NCBI GenBank assembly: GCA_963704025.1
Contig: CAVPGP010000005.1
Coordinates: 443,386 to 507,385, forward strand
Reading direction: 5' to 3'
DNA length: 64,000 nucleotides
Source of the DNA: an uncultured Actinomycetes bacterium
Lineage (GTDB): Bacteria > Actinomycetota > Thermoleophilia > Gaiellales > Gaiellaceae
Shown here: positions 8,522-15,350 of the stretch, one piece after another
Position numbering within the stretch: the first letter of the stretch is position 1
Layout: every line of letters starts with the position of its first letter
Made by a program: the position numbers and the translations under genes
Notes under the pieces: model-generated
The model's database searches: none
What the model saw: the letters and a program-made list of their open reading frames with translations, nothing else
What the model was told of the DNA's origin: nothing

Positions 8522-8989
8522 ATGGTACTCCCGTCGCGCCGTCCCAAACATCGGCTCCGGATGGTTGAATCGTTCGTGCAGGCCATGGACGGGATCGACG
8601 GGAGCGTGAGTGTGATGGGCGAAGCCCACGGGGACGACGGTGACCTCCGGCAGCCGCCGGTGCTGGACGTCACGACGCGGGACGGGGCGGTCGTCGTACG
8701 CCTGCAGGGCGAGCTGGACCTGTACAACGCGCAGGACGTGCGCGTGGCCCTGACCGGCGCTGCGGAACGGTCGCCCGAGCGTCTCGTGGTCGACCTGGGG
8801 GCCGTGGAGTTCCTCGACTCGACCGCGCTGGGCGTGCTCGTCGAGGGCCGGGCCGGGCTGGCCGACCCGCGCGCGTTCCTCCTCGCGGCGCCTGGGGCCG
8901 AGACGCGGCGCGCGCTCTCGGTCTCCGGGCTCGACCGGCAGCTGCGCGTCCACGACTCGGTCGAGGCGGCGCTCGCCGCCCCGCTCTGA
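8522..8989 (+). CDS. STAS-domain anti-sigma-factor antagonist-like protein
   Basis: VVVRLQGELDLYNAQDVRVAL...LVVDLGAVEFLDSTALGVLV is a typical SpoIIAA/STAS core. The N-terminal 40 aa are unusual, so the true start may be an internal ATG. Confidence 0.7.
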   Translation: MVLPSRRPKHRLRMVESFVQAMDGIDGSVSVMGEAHGDDGDLRQPPVLDVTTRDGAVVVRLQGELDLYNAQDVRVALTGAAERSPERLVVDLGAVEFLDSTALGVLVEGRAGLADPRAFLLAAPGAETRRALSVSGLDRQLRVHDSVEAALAAPL

Positions 8990-9373
8990 TCAGGGCAGGT
9001 CCGCCGCCAGCGCCTCCACGCGGCGCGCGATCTCGTCCCGGATCTCCCGCACCTCGTCCGGTGGGCGCCCCATCGGATCGGAGAGCTGCCAGTTCTCGTA
9101 GCGCTTGCCGGACACGACCGGGCACGAGTCGTCACAGGTCGCGATCACGACGTCGGCCCAGGCGACGTCCTCGTCGGAGAGCTTGTGGGGAACGTGGTCG
9201 GAGGCGTCGACGCCGAGCTCGCGCAGCGCATCCAGCACCTCCGGATGCGGCGCCGTGCCGGGCATGCTCCCTGCGGAGCGCGTGCCGTGCCGGCCGCCGG
9301 CAGCGCGAGCGAAGAGGCGCTCCGCCATCACCGACCGCCCCTGGTTCCCGATGCAGACGAAGAGGACGTTCAC
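8990..9373 (-). CDS. arsC: Arsenate reductase, low-molecular-weight phosphatase family
   Basis: GTG 9373 gives VNVLFVCIGNQGRSVMAE (CX5R P-loop), with downstream TCDDSCP cysteines. The start overlaps the arsM stop (GTGA). Confidence 0.85.
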   Translation of the reverse strand: MNVLFVCIGNQGRSVMAERLFARAAGGRHGTRSAGSMPGTAPHPEVLDALRELGVDASDHVPHKLSDEDVAWADVVIATCDDSCPVVSGKRYENWQLSDPMGRPPDEVREIRDEIARRVEALAADLP

Positions 9374-10122
9374 GGCTTCCGAGCGCGGACGAGAGCGCCG
9401 TGCATGCCGTCCGCGACCGGATGGGTGAACTCGATCGAGATCTGCTCGAACCCGGCCGCCTCGAGACCGGCCTCGTACTCGCCCTTCGAGAGCGCGCCGG
9501 CGATGCACCCGCAGAAGCTGCCTCGCTCCGCGCGGTCTTCGGGGTCGAGCCGGTCCTCCGCGACGACGTCGCTGATCCCGAGCCGGCCACCGTGCCGGAG
9601 CACCCGCTCGAGCTCGGCCAGCACCGCCGCCTTGTCGGTCGAGAGGTTGACGACGCAGTTCGAGATCACGACGTCGACCGACTCGGCCGGCAGCGGCACG
9701 TCCTCCATCAGACCCTTGAGGAAGATCGCGTTCGAGACGCCTGCGTCCTCGGCATTGTGCTGCGCGAGCGCGAGCATCTCGTCCGTCATGTCGAGCCCGA
9801 ACGCCTTGCCGGTCGGGCCGACACGCCTTGCCGAGAGAATGACGTCGATCCCGCCCCCGGATCCGAGGTCGAGGACCGTCTCGCCCTCGCGCAGGTCGGC
9901 GACGGCGGTCGGGTTCCCGCAGCCGAGACTGGCCAGCGCCGCCCGATCCGGGAGCTCGCCGCGCTGCTCGGCGTCGTAGAGCGCCTCGCCCCAGCGGGGA
10001 TCGGAGGGGCCCTCGGCGCCGCAGCAGCCGCGGCCCGTGTCCTGGAGGACGGCCAGCGCCGCGGCAGCGTATCGCCGCCGCACCTCCTCGCGCAGATCGT
10101 CGGTGGTGTCGGTGGTGGACAT
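9370..10122 (-). CDS. arsM: Arsenite S-adenosylmethionine methyltransferase
   Basis: ATG 10122 (MSTTDTTDDLREEVRRRYAAAA...). SAM motif VLDLGSGGGID and conserved Cys clusters GRGCCG and GSFCGCIAG. The longer listed ORF 9370..10506 is an upstream extension across arsR. Confidence 0.88.
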   Translation of the reverse strand: MSTTDTTDDLREEVRRRYAAAALAVLQDTGRGCCGAEGPSDPRWGEALYDAEQRGELPDRAALASLGCGNPTAVADLREGETVLDLGSGGGIDVILSARRVGPTGKAFGLDMTDEMLALAQHNAEDAGVSNAIFLKGLMEDVPLPAESVDVVISNCVVNLSTDKAAVLAELERVLRHGGRLGISDVVAEDRLDPEDRAERGSFCGCIAGALSKGEYEAGLEAAGFEQISIEFTHPVADGMHGALVRARKP

Positions 10123-10463
10123 CAGCAGCACGCTCCCTTCAGGTCTGCGACGGTGCCGAGCCGCCCGGCCGCGTCGCGGTTGAGCGAGTAGAAGGCCCAC
10201 TTCCCGCGCTGCTCCCGGTCGAGCAGGCCGGCGTCGGCCAGCTTCTTCAGGTGATGGGAGACCGTCGGCTGGGAGAGCCCGAGCGGCTCGACGAACTCGC
10301 AGACGCAAACCGGCTCCGCAGCCGTCGCCAGGAGGTTGACGATCCTGACCCGGGCGGGATCGCCGAGGGCCCGGAAGAGCGTCGCGGTGGCGACGGCCTC
10401 CTCGTCGGAGAGCGTCGGCGCCCCGAGCGGCGCGCAGCACTGGATCAGAGCAAGCTCGCTCAT
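10122..10463 (-). CDS. arsR: ArsR/SmtB family metalloregulator
   Basis: HTH LSQPTVSHHLKKLADAGLL with the VCVCEF metal site. The stop overlaps the arsM ATG (ATGA). ATG 10463 is preferred over TTG 10478 because the TTG lies inside the predicted -10 box. Confidence 0.88.
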   Translation of the reverse strand: MSELALIQCCAPLGAPTLSDEEAVATATLFRALGDPARVRIVNLLATAAEPVCVCEFVEPLGLSQPTVSHHLKKLADAGLLDREQRGKWAFYSLNRDAAGRLGTVADLKGACC

Positions 10464-10476
10464 ATCGACACCGCTC

Positions 10477-10506
10477 AATATATCGAAGAATGTCGATGCG
10501 AGTCAA
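10477..10506 (-). promoter_or_regulatory. Sigma-70-type promoter of the ars operon with embedded repeats (candidate ArsR operator)
   Basis: The minus strand reads TTGACT (10501-10506), 18 nt, TATATT (10477-10482), then 13 nt to ATG 10463. ATATCGA occurs twice (10462-10468, 10480-10486). The inverted pair ATCGACA / TGTCGAT lies at 10464-10470 and 10491-10497. The patch is AT-rich in a GC-rich context. Confidence 0.6.
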
Positions 10507-10688
10507 CCGACTCGCCGGGCTGACCGGACACGGCCGAGCCGCGAGCGTCGTCCACGGCGCCGTCCGGGGAGGGCTCGGTCAGCGCGCGGTCAAACGCCCC
10601 CGCCGCCGCACCCGCTGAGGGTCCCATCGAAGGCGAGCACGGCGGCGAGGGCTGGGGATGACACCAGCCGAGGCTAGGCGGGTCCGCC

Positions 10689-10706
10689 TGAACGCGACCT
10701 GAACGC
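10689..10706 (+). promoter_or_regulatory. Direct-heptamer box TGAACGC-GACC-TGAACGC (candidate OmpR-family response-regulator site)
   Basis: Two identical heptamers sit 11 bp apart. The box ends 26 nt upstream of a TANNNT-type -10 (TACGCT, 10733-10738), which lies 6 nt before the regulator's GTG start (10745). Confidence 0.5.
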
Positions 10707-10744
10707 GGTCCTGGTCGAGGCGGCGACGGCGCTACGCTCACGTC

Positions 10745-11413
10745 GTGATCGCTCCGAAGGTGATGGTGGTCGAGGACGACGCCGACCTGCGCGGCGTGCT
10801 CCTCCGCGGTCTCGCCGAGGAAGGGTTCGAGACCGCGGGAGCCGGCACGGGCGGCGAGCTGCTGGAGCGGATCGAGCCGGAGGCGCCCGATGTGCTGATC
10901 GTCGACATCGGGCTGCCGGATGCCGACGGCCGCGACGTCTGCCAGGCCCTGAGGGTGCGCGGCGTCCAGACCCCGGTGCTCTTCCTGACGGCGCGAGACG
11001 CCCTCACTGACCGGGTCACCGGCTTCGGCGCCGGGGGCGACGACTACGTCACGAAGCCCTTCGCATTCGCCGAGCTCGTCGCACGCGTCCAGGCCCTTCT
11101 GCGGCGCGCAGGCACCGTCGTCGCCGCCGAGGTCGGAGCTCTCCGGCTCGACCCGGTCGCGCACGCGGCGTTCGTCGGCGGCGAACGGGTCCCGCTGACG
11201 CCGACGGAGTTCCGCGTGCTGGCGCGCCTCGCCGCCAGCCCTGGCTCGGCCGTGCGCCGGCGCGAGCTGATCCAGACCGCCTGGCCCTTCGGCGCACTCG
11301 TCCGTGACAACACACTCGACGCGTACGTGGCCCGGCTGCGCCGCAAGCTGGCGCCGTTCCCCGAAGCGCCGCAGATCCAGACCGTGCACGGCGTCGGCTA
11401 CGCGATCTCGTGA
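10745..11413 (+). CDS. OmpR/PhoB-family response regulator
   Basis: Receiver motifs VVEDD, DIGLPDADG, LTARD and KPF, with winged-helix C-terminus LTPTEFRVL...TVHGVGYAI. Confidence 0.92.
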   Translation: MIAPKVMVVEDDADLRGVLLRGLAEEGFETAGAGTGGELLERIEPEAPDVLIVDIGLPDADGRDVCQALRVRGVQTPVLFLTARDALTDRVTGFGAGGDDYVTKPFAFAELVARVQALLRRAGTVVAAEVGALRLDPVAHAAFVGGERVPLTPTEFRVLARLAASPGSAVRRRELIQTAWPFGALVRDNTLDAYVARLRRKLAPFPEAPQIQTVHGVGYAIS

Positions 11414-12756
11414 GCCGCCGGCCCGCGCCGCTCGACATCCGCAGGCGGCTGCTGCTGATCGTCCTCGCGAGCGTGGCCTTTGCCCTGGCGGTGGCGACCT
11501 GGGGATTCAACGTCCTGCTCGCCCACTCGGCGGCGCAGGACGCCGACACTGAGCTCCGCGATCGCGTCGGGTCCGAGCGATCGGCACTGGAGGTGCAGGG
11601 CGGCCGGATCCGGATCATCGAGTCCTCGCACGAACCGCTGGCCGACGGCCTGATCTGGATCTTTCGCGGCACTCAGCCGCTGGAGGCGCCCCCCTCGCGC
11701 CCCGAGGCGCTCGCAGCGGCCCGGTCGCTCATCTCCCGGCCGGCGGGGTTCGTCGACGTCGACGGCACGGACGAGCGGCTGTACGGCGTGCCGATCCTCG
11801 ACGGCAGCAGGCGGATCGGGACGCTCGTCGCCGGCATCTCCCTCGCGCCGTACGAGCAAACCCGGCGGGAGGCGCTGATCGCATCGCTCGCCTTCGCGCT
11901 CGTCCTGCTGGCGATCGTCGGCGTCGCAGCATGGTGGCTGCTGCGCTCTGCGCTGCGGCCCGTGGCGCGGCTGACCGAGCAGGCGGACGCCTGGAGCGAG
12001 GCGGATCTCGACCGCCGGTTCTCGCTCGGCGAGCCGCGTGACGAGATCACACGGCTCGCCGCGACGCTGGACGCGCTCCTGGGGCGGATCGCAGCGAGCC
12101 TGAGGCGCGAGCGCCTGCTCTCGGCCGAGCTGTCGCACGAGCTGCGGACGCCGCTCGCGAAGCTGACCGCCGAGGCCGAGCTGGCGCTACGCCGGGAGAG
12201 GACGGCGGGCGAGTATCGCGAGGCGCTCGCGGCCGTGCTCGGCAATGCGCAGCAGCTGAGGCGCATCGTCGAGGCGCTGCTCGCGGCGGCCCAGCAGGAG
12301 GCGGGCAACAGAGGCATCTCGGAGGCCGAGTCGGTCGCCCGGGCCGCCGTAGCCGGGTGCTCGCGGCTCGCGGCCGACCGCGGGGTCGAGCTGCAGGTGG
12401 ACGGCGTCTCCTCCTCCCTGCGGGTCGGTGTGGAGGAGGACCTCGCCGAGCGGATCCTCCACCCGGTGATCGAGAACGCGTGCCGCTACGGGCGCACGAG
12501 CGTCCGCGTCTCGGTCGATCGCAGCGACGGGGCGGTGCTGTTCACGGTCGACGACGACGGTCCGGGCGTCGCCGACGACGAGCGCGAGGCGATCTTCGAG
12601 CCCGCGGCGCGCGGCAGCGCGGGGCAGAACGGCTCGAACGGCGCCGGGCTCGGGCTCGCTCTTGCCCGCCGCCTCGCACGCTCGGTCGCCGGGGAGGTCG
12701 TGGCGCTCTCCAGCGAGCGCGGCGGAAGGTTCGTGGTCCGCCTCCCCTCGGCGTAG
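11410..12756 (+). CDS. Sensor histidine kinase (two TM, HAMP, HisKA, HATPase_c)
   Basis: H-box SHELRTPLA, G1 DDDGPGV, G2 GAGLGLALARR. It overlaps the regulator stop by 4 nt. Confidence 0.92.
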   Translation: MSRRPAPLDIRRRLLLIVLASVAFALAVATWGFNVLLAHSAAQDADTELRDRVGSERSALEVQGGRIRIIESSHEPLADGLIWIFRGTQPLEAPPSRPEALAAARSLISRPAGFVDVDGTDERLYGVPILDGSRRIGTLVAGISLAPYEQTRREALIASLAFALVLLAIVGVAAWWLLRSALRPVARLTEQADAWSEADLDRRFSLGEPRDEITRLAATLDALLGRIAASLRRERLLSAELSHELRTPLAKLTAEAELALRRERTAGEYREALAAVLGNAQQLRRIVEALLAAAQQEAGNRGISEAESVARAAVAGCSRLAADRGVELQVDGVSSSLRVGVEEDLAERILHPVIENACRYGRTSVRVSVDRSDGAVLFTVDDDGPGVADDEREAIFEPAARGSAGQNGSNGAGLGLALARRLARSVAGEVVALSSERGGRFVVRLPSA

Positions 12757-12773
12757 CGTTCAGGTCGCGTTCA
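12756..12773 (-). promoter_or_regulatory. Second, inverted copy of the TGAACGC-GACC-TGAACGC box
   Basis: GCGTTCAGGTCGCGTTCA is the exact reverse complement of 10689-10706. It begins at the last base of the kinase stop codon. Confidence 0.5.
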
Positions 12774-13100
12774 TCTCCGACGCGGGACGATCCCCCGCAT
12801 GACCGCGTTCCGGCTCCGTTCGCTCCCGGGCGTCGCCCTTCCCGAGGCCGCAGTCGCGGCGGGTGACGTCTGGGCCGTGGCGCTCGTCCGGACGGGATTG
12901 GAAGCCCCTCGTCTTCTCGGCCGGGACGTTCGCATCGCCAGCCGGGACGGTGACGGCTCTCGCGGTGTTGCTGGGGATCCTCGTCGGCGGGGCGGCCCTC
13001 GCTGTCGGAGGTGCTGCCGCGGCAGTCGTCCCAGCTCGTCGCCGGGGCGGCTCGCGCGCTGCGCGGGCCGCCCCGCGTGGCGCCGACGATCTCTCCGCCG

Positions 13101-14204
13101 TCAGGCCTCGCCGAGGAACCGCCGCGGGTTCTCGCGGGCGATGGTGTCGAACGCCTCTTCGCCCAGCACCGCGCGCAGACGCAGCGAGCGCCGGCGCTCC
13201 TCCAGGTGCGCGTTCTCGACGACGTAGAAGTCTGAGCCGAAGAGGACGCGGCTGCTCACGCTCGGGTCGGCGAGCAGCACCTTCAGCAGATAGACGTTCT
13301 CGTCGTCCGCGTAGAGCGTGTAGCTGATGTCGGTCCAGAGGTTCGGGTACTTCTTGGAGCGGAGCAGGTCGAGGATCTTCGCGAGCCAGCTCTTCTCGTC
13401 CGGATCGACGCCCGAGTGCCAGGGGCGTCGGAGGTAGCGGGTCCAGTCGCCGTCGCCGCCGAAGTGCGCGAGGCAGACTCGGAGCTTCGGGAACCGCTCG
13501 AGCAGCGGCACGTAGGCGTCCGGGTCGGTGAAGCGGGTCAGCAGCTCCAGTCGGCCGGCGTCGAGCACCTCGCCGGTGACCGGGTCGGTGCGCATCTCGA
13601 CCGTCGGGTCGCCGCGGTACTGCACGCTGGCCGGACGGGAGCAGTGGGTGAGAACCGGCACGTTGTGCTCCTGGGCGTACTCGTAGAGCGGCCACAGCCG
13701 GTGGTCGTACGGGTGGTAGCCGGTCGGCGGATAGAGCTTCAGCCCGCGGAAGCCGTGCTCCTCGACCAGCTCGATCGTCTTCTCGACGATCCTCTCGTGC
13801 CGGGGGTCGACGGCGGCGAAGGGGATGACGATCGGGTACGCGTCGCGGAGCTTGCCCAGCTCCTCGTGCTGCGCGTCGATACCGGCCGTGACCTTCCCCG
13901 CGTTCATCTTCGTCATGTCCATCGGCAGCACGACGAAGCGCGTCCCCTCGGGATAGAAGCCGCGCACGATCTCGAACACGGCGCGCTGATTCCTCTTGAA
14001 CGACGTCTCGACGATCTGGGCATAGCGCCCCAGCGCCGTTTTCCGCTCCCGGTCGACCAGGCGCGCGACCCAGATGAGCAGATGGCGGACGAGCGAGATC
14101 CCAACGAGCTCCGCTACGGGCCACGGCAAGAAGCGATCCGGCGTGTGCGCCTGCGTGAACGTGTGAACGTGGCAGTTCGTGATGGGCGCGGGGGCTGTCG
14201 CCAT
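13101..14204 (-). CDS. Amidohydrolase-2 type metal-dependent TIM-barrel hydrolase
   Basis: ATG 14204 (MATAPAPITNCHVHTF...). HxH motif, later CLAHFGG and LFGSDF. The remainder of ORF 13101..15098 is antisense to the M23 gene. Confidence 0.75.
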   Translation of the reverse strand: MATAPAPITNCHVHTFTQAHTPDRFLPWPVAELVGISLVRHLLIWVARLVDRERKTALGRYAQIVETSFKRNQRAVFEIVRGFYPEGTRFVVLPMDMTKMNAGKVTAGIDAQHEELGKLRDAYPIVIPFAAVDPRHERIVEKTIELVEEHGFRGLKLYPPTGYHPYDHRLWPLYEYAQEHNVPVLTHCSRPASVQYRGDPTVEMRTDPVTGEVLDAGRLELLTRFTDPDAYVPLLERFPKLRVCLAHFGGDGDWTRYLRRPWHSGVDPDEKSWLAKILDLLRSKKYPNLWTDISYTLYADDENVYLLKVLLADPSVSSRVLFGSDFYVVENAHLEERRRSLRLRAVLGEEAFDTIARENPRRFLGEA

Positions 14205-14312
14205 GGCGTCATTACGCGCGAATGGCGCTTCTTCTGTCAACAGGATGCGGTCCCGAGGCGACCCGAGCGGCGGCGCACAAGGGGTCGGGCCGCATCTGCC
14301 GAAGGCGTCCCT

Positions 14313-15152
14313 GTGCGCGCTCGTCTGGTCACGGTCGCGCTGGTGCTCCTGTTCCCTGCCGGCCCGGCGTCTGCCGGCGGCGAAGCTCGAGTCGCTGCGC
14401 TCCAGGGCGTGTTGGAGGCACGCGGGCTCTACGTCGGACCGATCGACGGCGTCCGAGGATCGGGCACGCTCGCCGCAATCCGGGCCGCGCAGCGGCAGGC
14501 GCGGATCGCCGTCGACGGGATCGCCGGCCCGGTCACGCGGCGCGCCCTCCAACTGCGCGAGCTCGGTTCGCGGCCCCTCGCGCTCGGCGCGTCCGGGCCG
14601 GACGTGCTGGAGCTGCAGTGGGCGCTGGCGGCACACGGCTTCCCGTCGGGGGTCCTCGACGGCCTGCTCGGACCGCACACGGCCGCCGCGCTGCACCGTT
14701 ACCAGCGCTGGGCAGGGCTCTCGGCCGACTGGATCGCCGGGCCGCAGACCGTGCGGGCGCTCCGCAGGCCGCCGCCCCGCTCGCCGCGCCGGCTCGCCTG
14801 GCCGCTCATCGGCCCGCTCGGCGACCGCTTCGGGCCCCGCGGCAGACGCTTCCACGCCGGGCTCGACATCCTGGCCCCCACCGGGCAGAGGGTCGTTGCG
14901 GCAGGCCCCGGGCGGGTGACCTATGCCGGCTTTCGCGACGGCTGGGGGCTCGAGGTCACGGTCGCCCACGGGGACGGCGTGCGGACGATGTACGCGCACC
15001 TCTCGCGGGTCGAGGTGCATGTCGGCCAGCGCGTCCGCACCGGGTTCCAGCTCGGCCGCGTGGGCGCGACGGGCGAGGCCACTGGCCCTCATCTTCATTT
15101 CGAGGTGCGGGTGCGCGGTGCAGCCGTCGACCCGCTGAGCGCCCTCCCATGA
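14313..15152 (+). CDS. Secreted M23 family metallopeptidase with two peptidoglycan-binding domains
   Basis: GTG 14313 gives signal-like VRARLVTVALVLLFPAGPASA. Two PG_binding_1-like repeats (GPIDGVRGSGTLAAIRAAQ; GVLDGLLGPHTAAALHRYQ). M23 motifs RFHAGLDI and GPHLHFEV. Confidence 0.88.
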   Translation: MRARLVTVALVLLFPAGPASAGGEARVAALQGVLEARGLYVGPIDGVRGSGTLAAIRAAQRQARIAVDGIAGPVTRRALQLRELGSRPLALGASGPDVLELQWALAAHGFPSGVLDGLLGPHTAAALHRYQRWAGLSADWIAGPQTVRALRRPPPRSPRRLAWPLIGPLGDRFGPRGRRFHAGLDILAPTGQRVVAAGPGRVTYAGFRDGWGLEVTVAHGDGVRTMYAHLSRVEVHVGQRVRTGFQLGRVGATGEATGPHLHFEVRVRGAAVDPLSALP

Positions 15153-15350
15153 GCCGCCGCTACGAGGCCAGCAGCTGCTCGACCAGCCGCACTGCCTTCA
15201 CGCCGCGGAGGGTCGTACGCGCAGCTGCCCAGCGGATACCCGAGACCCGGAAGTGATAGATCGACTCGGGCGCGTCGTACGCGGTCGGGCACCGGGTTCT
15301 GTTCATGCCGTCAGTACGGCACCGGCGGGTCGCCGCGTCACATCGCGGCG

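Noticed and set aside
10507-10688. 50-aa minus-strand ORF (MGPSAGAAAGAF...) between the ars promoter and the regulator box
   Set aside because: It would run through the ars promoter and end inside its -10 region. It has low-complexity sequence and no SD.
10689-12773. The 18-bp inverted repeats as transposon ends of a mobile two-component cassette
   Set aside because: There is no transposase and no target-site duplication. The internal structure of the repeat (two heptamers 11 bp apart) fits a response-regulator binding site much better. This is kept only as a minor alternative in the finding.
14205-14312. c-di-AMP (ydaO-type) riboswitch upstream of the M23 peptidase gene
   Set aside because: A 10-bp hairpin (GATGCGGTCC...GGGCCGCATC) is present. 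However, the region is only 108 nt, is shared with a divergent promoter, and lacks the conserved ydaO core sequences I can recall.
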